From Vitrella brassicaformis CCMP3155 (taxonomy: Eukaryota > Protista > Chromerida), in assembly GCA_001179505.1 (NCBI GenBank), contig CDMY01000346.1, positions 1-64,000 on the forward strand: a DNA stretch of 64,000 nucleotides. Direction: 5' to 3'. The notes under the pieces are model-generated. The model did no database searches. It was not told the DNA's origin and worked only from the letters and a program-made list of their open reading frames with translations. Each line of letters starts with the position of its first letter. The stretch's first letter is position 1. Made by a program: the position numbers and the translations under genes. Shown here piece after piece: positions 24,101 to 38,633 of this stretch.

Positions 24101-25852
24101 GGGTCGCCCCAGCCCCTCCCTCTCGCCCTGCACTCATTTCTCTCCCCCCTGATGCGCATCGTCGCCTCGCCAGCACCCTCCACATACAGACGGGAGACCG
24201 CATCGTCACCATCATGTCTGTAAGCGTACCCCAGCGATGCATAGCCCCACAGCAAGTTGAGCATCATCTGGTGGTTGAACGTGTGCAGGTTTCCCGCACT
24301 CGCCGCAGCAATCTCGTCGCACACACGGCCCATACTGCCGGCTTTGAGCTGCGCCAGCCGCGTTTCCCCCACCTTGCTGCCGAGGGCCCCCAACGCCCAC
24401 ATCGTGTTGGCTCTGTCTTGCAAATTGCCCACTCTCGAACAAGCTGAATCGTCCGGAAACATCCCTTCAAGCCATTCAGCGATAGCTGAGGGAGACGGGG
24501 GCGATATTGACGCGTCAACGAGTCTGGCCATGGCCCACAGAGCGTTGGAGAGGCTGCGGGGCGCCATGGATGGCGCATGCCGGTTTGCAGCGGCTTGCAG
24601 GGCCGCGATGAGCGAGGCTGGGACGGGGTGCTGGCTGTGGGCGAACGACCTGACGATTGACGGTGGAAGAAAACCTAACGACAGGTGGCTTCGTGCATCC
24701 CCTCAGTGTGTCTGTCATCTCACCACATAAGCGTCACCAGTCTTTTGGTCCCGAACTCGCCAAGGCGCCGCTCGCACGCCGCCATGACGGCCTCGCACAC
24801 CTCTCGCCCACCCTCCCCTCCACACACACACGCCTGCAGCCGCGCCAGGCTCCACGCCAGATCCGTCAGCTGCACCTCGTTGAAGACGTCATCAGCACAC
24901 ATCCGAGGCACAAACGCCGACAGGGACGAGTACAGGCCGTCCAGGCGGTCGGCATCGCCGGGTGCAGAGGGTGAGAGCTTCGCAATGCCGACCATCACGT
25001 TGGACACGTCCAGAGGCTTCATATTCAGTGACGGTGACAATGACTGCCGGCAGGCGTCCGCCGCCCGCTCGATGGCCCATGACTTCACTGCACTGTCAAG
25101 CCGTCCCCACTGCGCCACCCGACCCATTGACCACACCAGATTGGCGACGTCACGACCGTCCCATGATGCTGATGACACCTCAGCAGTTGACTGCAGGCGC
25201 TCGACAATGGCTGCGGTCAGGGGAATCACGCGCGGCGCCCACTCATCTCTCGACGGCATCAGTGAGCTCCCTTGCAGCCTCGCAAGCGCCCATAAGCAGC
25301 GGATCAGAGGGCCGCGGACAGCAGCAGGGTCTTCATTAGTGTTGGTGCTGAGGTGAGCCACCGATGCAGAGAGGGAAGAGAGCAGCGTTGCGAGATCTGC
25401 GTTGCTGTCGGCCTCATCGTCCCGGGATTGCTCCTGTGCGAGAGTGACGAGTCTGTTGAGGGCCGATGCTGCACGGCTGATGGATGCGGCATGAGCTGCA
25501 TGACAGTGTTGATAGTGATTCACCGCTCCCGACAGGATTTGATTCATCGGAGGTGAGAGATCTCCAGTCACTTGCAGAAGGGCAGACCGTTGCGTCCTCA
25601 AAGGAAGGGAAGAGCGTGGTGATGAGATCACGATCTGAAATAATGTGACGTCTTGTGAGTGACGGGAGTGTATGCTACAGGAGTCCACACAACAGGTGAC
25701 CATACAGGCAAGAGCACACAGCCACCAGCCATCCGCACACTCACACACACACACACACGGAAAGCATCCACAGCAGGTAGAGAGCGAGGGTCGCGCTGGG
25801 CTCATGGCATGGATGCTGCCCTCCCGCCAGAGTGGTCTCTCTAAATATCCTG
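21197..25852 (-). CDS. Helical-repeat (HPR/OPR-like) protein fused to a C-terminal RluA-family pseudouridine synthase (5' end unresolved)
   Basis: Repeats: DVANLVWSMGR, QLTDLAWSLARL, SLSNALWAMARL, MLNLLWGYASL, SVSRLAWAYGR. Then VVYKPPHW, HRLDSETSG, LHTGRTHQIRVHLA, PLVGDAKY and RMFLH. Confidence 0.88.
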
Positions 25853-27734
25853 CAAAAGCACAGACACGAGACGGCACCACGAGCCCGACCCCCCTCTCCC
25901 CCTCTCTCCATTCTCCAGGCAGTCAGTCGATTGATTCCACAGACAGCCATTCCGTGAATGTAATTAATGTGTATCTGTGTCGATGATGTACGGGCTTGCG
26001 TAAGTATGTGGGTGTTGGCACTTAAGCATTGCGCACAGAGAGCATGGACGCACACCAGTGCCGCAAGAAAAAAAAAGAGGTCTGTCTGCGTGTCTGTATG
26101 TGTGTGTGGCGGACGTGACACCATGTCTCCTGCCCGCCTCGCGTGGACGGCGAGTGGATGCACGGGATTCTCTCTCTGTCGTGTGATGACAGACAAGAGA
26201 GAGAATCCCGTGCATCCTCTCGCCGAACGGCCACGGACACAGCATCACGCGACGTGTCAGACTGACAGCACAATGGAGGCCATCATGCAGGGTGTCCGTT
26301 TTTTCATCAAGGACCGGAAAGTCGCGCCGAGACAACCGATTCGTCCGTGCGTTGCCGTTTTGGCTCGACGCCAGCGCTTCTGTCTGCTGCCGCAGCCTGG
26401 TGTGCCGCCCGGTGCTGACGGGATGACCAGATCAGTACTGGGTGACGGCGGCTGCTGGTGTAGGAAGGGAAGGAAGGGAAGCAGAGTAGAGATGTCGGCC
26501 AAAAACTGCCCAGAGTCCGCCTGTTTGGATGGATCAAAAACAGTTACAACACTCACTCAGTCACTGTCACTGTCAGTCTGTCTGTCTCTCTGCATCGATG
26601 TGAGCGCTGTCGGTGTCCGTCCCTGTGGGTGGCTGGATACCGACACGATTCAATCCATTCCATTCCATTCAGGTTGGTGTCGGTGTCGGTGCGGCTGGAT
26701 AAGGCAAAATGGGTATGGGAATATGGTACACATGCAGATAGGCAGACTGAGGCCACGCCACGCCACGCACGCTGTGCCAACGCGCTCTGGCACACACACT
26801 TCACGCACACTTCACACACCACACACACGCAGGGCATGCAGGCATCCAGGCAGCCAGCCAGTGAGTAAGCCAGTGGTTTAAGGCGATAGCAGAAACCGCC
26901 AATTAACAGCCGCGCATCTATCATCCGATTGGCAGGCAGGCAAGAGATCCATCCACACAGGCACGGACAGGCATCAGACAGATCGATATGCACAGCAGCT
27001 AGCGCTAAGTCAAGCCAAGCCAAGTGAAGCCAAGTGAGCGGAGCCAAGTGAGCGCACCCCTCTCCCATGTCAGTCAATCAGTGAATGAGTGGGTTAGTCG
27101 GTCGGGCCATGCAGTCGTGCAGCAGACGAGGGAGCCTCGCTCGCCGCCCACCTGCACCTCACATCAGATACACACAGTGATTTCTATCAAGTGTGCGCCC
27201 GACAGACAGACAGACAGACAGACATAGAGAGAGAGAGAGAGCAACAGGGAGAGAGAACGAGAGAAGGACACAACCAGGAAGAAGCCTCCCCCTCCCACAC
27301 CCATACCCCACCCCTCCCTCCATCCATCCATCCATCCATCCATCCATTCGTTGATGGTTCAAACATCCATCCATCCATCCATTCGTTGGTGGTTCAAACA
27401 CCGTCGCCCCCGAACCCAGATAGACAAGCGAGGTCACGAAACTCACTCACTCTTCATTCCCACACCGACCGTCCCGACCCCATCCACCCTTTCAATCAAA
27501 AGCATTCATTTCATCCTCCAGCCCCACCCCAACCTCCCCAGCCAGGCCGACAAATAGCAGCAGCGCCAGCAGCAAGAAAGTCACTCAAGGAGCGAGCGAT
27601 GATCATGACCCCCCCTCCCTCCCCCACACACACGCACTCACGACGGCCAGGCAGAGAGATAGCGATCGGGAGGGAAGGGGTGTGGGGGGCGGGATAGGGT
27701 GTATGGTTTACGCATCCATGCTATGCTTCCTTCG

Positions 27735-29627
<1,893 letters not shown>

Positions 29628-29809
29628 GACGAATCTTCAGCCACTCACAATTCCACACAACCGAAGCACAGCAGGTCAATCAGATATCAGACAAGGGCGA
29701 GTGCCTCAAACAAAGCTGGTGCTGTCTTCGTTTCTGTCGTTTCTTCTCTCTCCCCTGCGAGCTTTGGCGGGAAACGAAATGCGAGCTTAGCGGACTGGGC
29801 GCTTGCCAA

Positions 29810-32575
29810 ATGCAGCCAGAATCACTGCCGTCGTCACCGCCGCCGAGGCCAAACCGTCGCTGTCATGCTGCAGGATGCCCCCCTCCCTCGCCCTCCCCTT
29901 TCCGCCTTCCACTGCTCGCGTGCCTGTTGCCCTGCGTGTCAGCCTTTCTGCTGCAGCCACGGAGCTTCAGGGGCGGCCATCTTGAGTCGAGCTGGAGGCC
30001 GCCATCGTCAGATCTGAGAAGATCGAATGATCCATTATTGCCACGGTGGAGTTGTCTATCTCGGCTACGGCAGCAGCACAAGCAGATGAGGTTGAGGGTA
30101 CGACCGTCGTCATCGTTGCAACAACAACGCGGCGGTGAGGACCCTCGTGTCAACGATCCGAAGAAGTCTGAGGACGATGAGATCCGCGAGTTGTTCAGAG
30201 ATGATCTGGATGAGGAAATCTATGGCCCGTCCGATGAGAGCGACCCCAACGATGACCCGCTGCAGCGCTACCTCGAGTACGACGGCTGGAGCACGTCGGC
30301 CGGTGATGCCGACAGGGCACGGGCGGGGGAGGCCACCATGGCCATGGTGGCTGATGCAGAAGGAGAGGGAGGTTCCGACATCCTTGACTTCAGCAGCTTG
30401 TCTGAGGAGGTGCCGCTGACGCCCTCGGCTCGCCGCCGGTTCCGCGAGCTGGCCAAGACGCTCAAGAGCGCCAATCTGTATGTGCTGGGTGTGCCGTGGG
30501 GGCTGAAGCACTTTGTGGGTCGGGTGCTGGCCAAGCACCTCATGTTTGGGTTTTTTGATCTCGAGGAGGTCAGATAAGATGAGCGGGGCGAGGGCGGCCA
30601 GATGCGTCCATGTGTGGATGTGTGCTGAACGGTGGGTGCAGGTGGTTGCTCGCGGCATCGAGGCTGAGTATGCGATGGGTCTGAACGAGTACAAGAAGAG
30701 GTACGGCCTCGACAGGTACCTCGAGCAGGAGAACAAGGCGCTCAACGACCTCCAGCGACTCTACAAACAGGTACCTCCACACATGCAATACAGCACACAC
30801 CATACCCATCTCACATGCTGGTCACTGTCTGCCTCTGTCTTTCAGGTGATTGTCACAACCGAGGTGACCCCCACCATCCCCCAGAACTGGCGCGAGCTCC
30901 AGACAGGCCTGGTCTTGTGGCTCGACGTCGACCCTTCCCTCTCTGCCGAGTCGATGCGCATCACGGCCGCCAACTGCAATCCCAAAGACAGGGGCCAGTA
31001 CCTCGCGCGGTTTGGGATGTTCCTCAATCACCCGCTGCTGCAGGAGAGCGACCCCGTCAAGGCCATCGCGGCCCGACATGACGAGGTGGAGCCTTACTGT
31101 ATGGAAGCGGATGTGAGGGTGCGTATCAGCAGCCCCTGGAACCCTTACGACGGGGTGGTCGACGTCGTCGATCGGATGCTCCACCACATCGGTCAGTCAG
31201 TCAGGGGAGAGAAAGAAGAGAGTGACACGCGAACGCACACGCACACCGCTCACGTGTGTGTCTGTGTGCATGCCATGCAGAGGAGAATCCCCCCTTGTGG
31301 AAACAGTGGATGGATCAGCAGGGCCTGAAGCTCTCCAGCGAAGAGGAAAGGCGGCAGGACGTCCCCCTCGATACCGATCTTGCCGACTTGGCCAGCCTGG
31401 CGGCAGATGGCAAAGTCGCCCCGCCTCTCGACGAGCATCATCCTGAGACCGACGCAGACGCCGACACAGAGGACAATCCGGAGCGTGTGCTGACTGACGA
31501 GGAGGAGCTGGAGCTGGAGTACATGCTGACGCTGGCCAAGAACGAGGCCTTTGAGTTCGTGCCCCTCCCACCGCCCAGAGGGGAGCAGGAGAAGGCCACT
31601 TCAGAGGCACAGACGACCATGGAGGTCAGTCAGCCACTTGACAGGCAACAGAGAGGAGGGAAGTGGTAAAATCGTCTTGACACGCCACGCCATCCTCCTT
31701 TTCTGTCTTTGTGTGTGCAGGTGAATTTTGCAGACACGCGTCCGTTCACGGATGCGGACATCATCGACGACTTCACGGAGGAGTCGGAGCTGGAGGCGCT
31801 GCTCAAGGACCAGAAGAACAAGAAGGACCTCATCAGCAAAGGGGAGTACGACCCCACATGGCGGAGGGGAGAGACCATCCCGTTCGACTTCCCGCACCTG
31901 GCAGGCAGCGGCAAGTTCATAAGGGGAAAGACCGACAAGTACATGTGGCAGCAGACATATGATCAGGTGCGCGCACAGAATCCCAACACCCGACACACGC
32001 AGAGGACGGTCTGTCCGTCTGTCCGTCTGTCCGTCTGTCTGTCTGTCTGTCTGTCTGCAGGTGTCCATCTATGTGCCGATCGACGACTCCGTCAACCACT
32101 TCAACCGCAACCTCGATGTGGACCTGTCCGTCGTGCGGAAGAACCAGCTGCACAGCCACATGCGTCTGGCAGTCAACAACCAGACCATCATCGACGACAG
32201 GGTCCGCGTAGGCGTCGAGCGGGACAGCTGGTTCTGGACTATCGACTACGGCCCGGGGAAGGACCTGCTCAGCAACGCGCAGAAGTACGTCAGAGTCGAC
32301 ATTGAGAAGAGCAGCAAGGGGCTGGATTGGCGGGATATCGTTCTCACGCAACAGGAGATCGACGCAAACCGAGCCAGGTGCGGCAAATCCACTGTACACC
32401 CACACGTGAGCCATTCTTTTCGTGTCTGTGTGGTGGCTGCAGGCTACCCGTGGCTGCTGGCGGCTCAATGGAGGATGACCATGGTCAGGAAAGCGAGGCT
32501 GCAATGGTTGCTGCCAATCGCAGCGACTTGCCCGTTGCCCAAGGGCCCGTCAAGATGACAGTCGAGCTAGACTGA
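29810..32575 (+). CDS. Plastid-targeted shikimate-kinase-like pseudokinase with a C-terminal CS/p23 domain
   Basis: Leader LPLLACLLPCVSAFLLQ plus a basic transit-like region. SK-like ANLYVLGVPWGLKHFVGRVLAKHLMFGFFD and NWRELQTGLVLWLD. CS-like KYMWQQTYDQVSIYVPI..WFWTID. Confidence 0.75.
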
Positions 32576-33062
32576 CAGAATGGCGGTGTTTTGACCGATC
32601 AATGACTTTTCAACACACACAAGTGCATCTGTCGCTTGAGAGATGGCACTGATGCGATTGCTGCCTGGCTGGGCAGTGGCTGGGCCGCCTGAGTGACGTC
32701 GTATAGTCTTTTAAGTCATCCTGGCGCCCAGCTGATCTGATTGCTTGTGTGGGTGGGTGCGTGTGTGTGTGTACAGAACACTGCTTCTTCACCCCTGGGT
32801 CGTATGGACGGCTGTGTGATGGACTGAGTGAACTCCACGGCGGCAGTTTGCGGACCTCGCAGTTGGCAGCGCCAACAAGCGCGATCCACGAGAGAGAAGG
32901 GGGGGTGGCGTTAACGTTCCGTTAGCGATGACACTACACTGCAATGGGGCGCGATCGCCCGACATGCTCGCTCAGCGTGGAGATCTGGGATGATTTCGAA
33001 GCGTGCCTTCTCCCTCCGTTGGCCAGCGCTTCAGGTGCACCGCAGGGAGGCTCCCCGGTCGC

Positions 33063-34247
33063 ATGCGATCCTCTCTGCCCTTCCTGATCTCGCTGCTCCC
33101 GCTCCTCACCCTCTCCGAACATTCTTCTGCGGCCTGTTCAACTGGCAGAGGCAAGATCCACGCCCCTCTGCGTCGCCTGGCAAGCCAACATCTCCTTGCG
33201 ACACCCCACCGCCTCCCGTCGGCGTTTCTGAGGTTGCGGGGGATCAGGCGAGTCACGAGCAGCACGAGCAGCGCAAGGCACACCCCTGGAGAGGCAGGTT
33301 TGGGCCGCGGAGGCATCCCTGGACGAATCTGGAGTTGGAGTCGGCCAAGGACGGGGGTGAGCATGGCGTATGACCAGGAAAACATCTTCAAGAAGGTACG
33401 TCCTCAAGAGGACACACATCATGGCGTTGCGCACGTGCAGAGCTCACGGGGGTCTGCTTGGTTCGGTTTGGTCAGATCATTGAAGGAGCGGTACCATGCT
33501 TCAAGATATTTGAGGTGTGTGACAGGCAACTGACACACACACGCAGACAGACAGGCAGGGAAGAATGGTGGCGGATCCATGTGCTTGCTCACCTCTGTGT
33601 CTGTGTATGGCCAGACGGATCACTGCATTGCCATACTCGATGCATTTCCAATGGTATCTATCAGTGAACAGCACAGCACAGCACTGTGTGCGGACACGTG
33701 GATCAGATCGGCCCAACCATGGTGCGCGTGTTTGTTTCTGTGTGCAGGTCCGCGGTCATTCTTTACTGATACCGAAGGCAGAGGTCGTCACTTTGATGGA
33801 TCTGCAGCCCGACACGGCTGCCAACGTGCTCAAGGAACTCCCCAGACTCTGCAAGGTGCGGTGCGCACCAGCCGTCAAGACCCATACATAGATAATCCAC
33901 ATCGATTGGCATCGGTGTGTGTGTGTGTCATGACGCAGGCCGTCATGGCGGCCACCAATGCGGATGGCGTGAATGTGTTCCAAAACAACCTCCCCTCTGC
34001 AGGGCAGGGTAACTTCTCAGCCACAGACACACATGTGCTGCGTATGTCTGTCTGTCCTTGTGTGGTTGATGCAGTGGTGATGCATGCCCATTTCCATGTG
34101 GTGCCCCGGTTCACGGGCGACAATCTCATGAGGTTTCCCGGCTCTGCCAAGACCATGATCGACCAGCAGGAGGGCGGCGCTGTGCTGGCACAGATACAGG
34201 CCAAGATGGACGACCAGACGCAGGAGGGCGGCACCGGGGAGACCTGA
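33063..34247 (+). CDS. HINT: HIT-family (HINT-like) hydrolase with a bipartite targeting leader
   Basis: NIFKKII, AILDAFP, GHSLLIPK, QNN..AGQ and HAHFHVVPR. The upstream frame is open to MRSSLPFLISLLPLLTLS. Confidence 0.9.
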
Positions 34248-36063
34248 ACAAATCAGCGGGGGCGGGGCGTGTGTCTGTGTGCGTGTGTGTCCATGGTGTG
34301 AGCCGCTTTATGAAGTGCCCCCTCTTTCTCCCATGTGTGCCTTTCCTTTGTGACTTTACCGCTGTGAGAGTGTGCCGTGTCGTGTTTCGCAAATGCCGCG
34401 CCTCTTTTCGTGCCCCTTTATGTACGTGCGACGCGCTGGCGATTGATGATTTTCAGAGAGAGGTCACGGCGACGCGATAGAACTTTGATAGGGAAGACGT
34501 GCGTGAAGAGGATATGTGCGTGAGTATGAGAGTATGAGAGCCAGGCACTTGACGAGGACAATGCACACACGAAGGAGTAAGAGGTAATCAATCAGTCGAT
34601 CCATCAGTCGATCCATCAGTCGATCGTTGAGCCACGCGAGCCACGCAAACCACGGAGACATGCAGCAGTCAGTAAGAGTCAGTCAGGCGCCGCCACTGCT
34701 TCCCCCTACCCCGATCGACTCGCCCCATAGTCGTCTATTTCTTTGTGGCGTTGCTGCCTAGCTATAGGTTTGCGGGCGGCTGTGTGTGCTGCATTGATGC
34801 AGTCTTTCGCTCGTGGGTTAAGTCGTGCCCTGTCTGTGCGTATGTGTACGTGGGTGTGCGAGAGAGGTCAGTCGACGAGGGAGACCAGTCACCTTAATCG
34901 GGTAGTTCATTTGTTTAAGTAATTCCGCCACAAGCAAACACGCAATGCACCGATCACGTATCGACAACGACAAAAACACTCACTCTGTCAGACACATCCC
35001 ACGGCCAATGCACAGCAGCGTTCTTCTTCCGCACGAACAGCTGCACGAAGCCGCCGCCCCCATCTTCGCGCGAAGATGGGGGCGGCGGTGTCGTTCAGCT
35101 CTTCGTATGGAGGGGGCACGCACACTCATTGGCGGACAGACATCCCCCCGGAAGAAACCCTTCCACACACGACCATACACACAACACCGACTCTCGGGGG
35201 GGTGAGGGTCGTCACATGGCAGTCACCAACACAAAATCGGAGGCGTATCTGGACCGTCCAGACATGCCGTCGATTTGTTGAAGGTCTGACAGGCGAGGAG
35301 CCCCATCGACCACCCATCTCTCTCTCTCTCACCACTAACACCTATCGACAACACAGAAGAACAGCCAGACAAGTCGCACATCGCTCCCCAACACACGCAC
35401 ACTCCTATGCGGACCCCTCCCGTGGTTGCGGTCCAGGTGCTCGCGAAAGAGACCTACAACGAGTCGATCGACCAGACAGGCCTTCGATTCGTTGTCGGCC
35501 TCTTTGGCGAACACCTTACCGCTATGGTACACGGACGAGCGCGTGGATATATCTGAGCAGCTTGAAGTTCAGATCATCACAAGACCACCACAAGCCCGCC
35601 CTCCCGCCTTCGTAGGAGCCCCGGACACTGAGGGAATGGACACCACACACACAGCCAGCGTCGCACATGCATGGGAAAGGAGAGGCCCCTCCCTCCCTCC
35701 GTCGACTCAGTCACCTGCAATGGCTGCGATGCCCAGGAGGGATCCGGGATCTCTCCCTCTTCTCAACGAGCCGCTGCCAGCCAGTCATCCCTTGTCTGCC
35801 GCCTCACTGCTCGTGCGATGTCGTCGTCATCGGCTGCCTTGCCGCCTCCAGATCTTCGAGCTGTGAGAGATGCGGCCGCCTCTTCGATGAAATATGAGTT
35901 AATCTGGCCAACAAACTCGGCTGTAGCAGTCAGTCAACGGTCGTGGTCTCCTCTTTTTCCTCCGCTTCCGCTTGCGAGCTTTCCGTTCCTGAGCTTGCCC
36001 CTTTCTCGGCGTTTTCGCCTTCCCACAGCAGCGTGAGTTCCCTGGGACGCTGGTGCGCCAAGC

Positions 36064-38633
36064 AGATGGACAACGATGATGCATTCATCATCCATCTCCT
36101 CTCTCCGTGTGTCTGCTGTGTCTGTTGTTTGTTGCTTTGTTGTCAGCGGTGTTTGAGTCAGTGGCGCCGAGGAGCAGCTTCATCTGCCACAGGTATGTAA
36201 CCGCACACGGATGGATGGATGGATGGATGGCGTGAATGGCTGCAGTGGGCGTAGCTTGCGAGATGTTTCCGACGACTTAGAGCCGATCATCGCATAGAAA
36301 TCATGTCTGAGAGGGACACACAGGTGAGGCAGCTCAAAGGGGTGATTGTGCCATCGCCTGTTGCTGCCGGTTTCTCAGGGGCAGAGCCGTGGTTTGGCGG
36401 CCTCAGCTGGTGCTGCTGGTGGTAGTGCTGGTGCTGGTGGTGGTGGGGAGGAGGACGAGGACAGTGTAGCTGCGACCGATGGAGAAACGGTGAGACCGAC
36501 CAGAGGCAATGAGTGACAGACAGACACACTCACCGCTCTGCCGCTGCCTGTGTGTTGTGCAGGTGCTCATGTTGGTGACGCCCTTCCTGCCGCTCCACAT
36601 CCTCGTCCCTCTCCCCCTGCGGCGGCCCAACAGCGCCAAGCTGCTGTGGGAAGAGGCGGCAATCAGCCACACACGGCTCTTCATCGACTGCGCAGCCAAA
36701 GCTGACCACCAGTACTGGCATTCGCCGACCGAGGGCCGCAGGTTTTGGCAGCGCATCCCCCTTCCCTCCGTCGAGCGCGTAGCGGCACGGCTCACCGGCC
36801 TCACCGAGATCACCCTCTGCCACCCCGAGTACCGCCGCGTGCGCAGCCCCACCCCTGAGAACCACCCCGTGTGGTGCAGCGACGTGTTGGTCTCTGTCAT
36901 TGAGACCACAGCCGCCCCGCGCGCCCGGCCCGATGGACACGCAGACGCCAGTCGGCTGGAGACCATCGCATTCGAGAAGGTGCGGCTGAGTCGGGCGGAG
37001 CTTCTCGACCTGCGGCCGCAGCGTCCCCGTCTCCCTGATCGCCTCGCCGAGCCCCCCACCCTCCCGTCGCTCAAGGTTGTTACAGGAGCCGTCGAAGATC
37101 TTGATGTCCTGGCCGACAGAGGGTGGAGGGTGCCGTCACTAGAGCGCGTGGAGCAGCAGGGCTGGGGGGCGGACCAGTTGATCCACTTCATCAGCTCGTC
37201 ACGGTCGCTGCAGCACGTCGGCGGGAGTCTGTCGGATGATGGCTGGGCCAGTGTGTTTGAGGGCATGCCCGAGGCCACTGCTGGGCAGAGGGGGCCACTT
37301 GCACGTCTGCAGAGTATCGGCACCATCGAGCTGCACGACAGTCCTGAGGCGGCCCGTGGAGCGATCGCCAGACTGCAGGTACGTAAGCAGCAATGGATGC
37401 CGTTGGTGCAATATAGGTCAGTTTGGATGCCATCTTCCTGTGTATAGGTGGCACTAGCGTCGCGTGGCTGCCGCCGGTCGCTCACTCAGCTGGTCGTGGA
37501 GGGCCTCAACGTCATCAACAGCAGTGTCCTTCCCGTCATGCAGTCCCTCGAGTCGCTACACAAGACGTGCTGCCGAGCCGACGCCCCAGTCGTCTTCGAG
37601 GCCCAAAATGTCCCCACACGTGTCCCCAGACGTGTCGCCAGTGTCGACCTGTCGCTCTTCTACAGCGACGACCTTCCCGCCAACCCCTCGCCCCTCTTCA
37701 AGACGATGATGCAACAACTCGCACGGCAGACGAACAGGGTGAAGTACGTCATCAGCGAGCATGACCTCACCCACCCAGTCGACAGCCCCAGTAAGGCCGC
37801 CATCGGCATCGCCGAGAGCCTCACATTTGACGGTGTGCGCTTCGTGGCGGTCGTTGATGCCCCTGGCTTCGTCCCCCCTCCCGACACCCCATTGCCCCAT
37901 CCCACCATCATAAACCACCTGCAGCAGTTCCCAAATTCCGTGGGATTGCTGGAGATTCGCAGCCGGCTGGGCGGTGAAGCGGGTCGGCTGCTGGCCCAGA
38001 AGATGCCCACTGAGTTGAGGAATGTGGAGTTCGGGAGCGCTGTGAGCGCACAGGACCGACGGGTCGTGTTGGAGGGGCTGGGCAAGGGGAGGCAGGTGGG
38101 CACCGTCAGCGTCGGTGAATGGGCGGAGGGGGTCAGTCTCACGGACGGCCCCTTCGACGGCTGGACGTCGGACAGCTTCCCCTCGATTCACAGCGTAGAG
38201 ATACACCACTTGTGGGGTACGCACACACACGGAGGGTGGTTCAGCTTACGTGTGCATCATCGCCGTGTGTATGTGGTGTTCCTCAGGGCTCGATGAGCTG
38301 TATCCCTCTGCTGCTGCTGAGACCATCCGCGAGGGCATCTCATCCGTTGTCGGTGCCGTGCGAGGCCTGGAGAGTTTCTCAGTGCACGTGAAATGCGTCC
38401 GGTTCGTTCGCGACTCCGTTCGCGTCGCCGTTCGCAAGCTGCTTCCCACCGGCACGATCATCGGCCCCGGTCAAGCCAAGAAGGAGAAGCTCCACTACCT
38501 TCAACCCACCAAGTCGTCGTTAGCGAAGGTGCAACAGGCCAAGAAGAAGGGCACGATGATCGGCCCCAGCTTCACCATCGACACACGGGACCTCGGATTG
38601 TGGATTGAGGTGACTGCAAGGCGTCTCTCTTAG
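36064..38633 (+). CDS. Member of the expanded Vitrella-type hypothetical family (start approximate)
   Basis: Two long exons (PTLPSL..V, GPLARLQSIGTI, RLQ|VALASRGCRRSLTQL) joined by one intron. I recognise the pattern as a lineage-specific family; no function is assigned. Confidence 0.7.

Noticed and set aside
26257-26556. 99-aa minus-strand ORF with an acceptor-like start
   Set aside because: It could be an upstream exon of the helical-repeat/RluA gene, but I could not link it in frame or recognise a motif.
34945-36000. Coding-like fragments (AFDSLSASLANTLPLWY.., EGENAEKG..)
   Set aside because: There is no recognisable family or coherent exon structure.
36403-37485. Long antisense ORFs (also 24685-25356 +, 54389-55384 +, 48338-49000 +)
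   Set aside because: They are shadows of GC-rich coding exons on the opposite strand.
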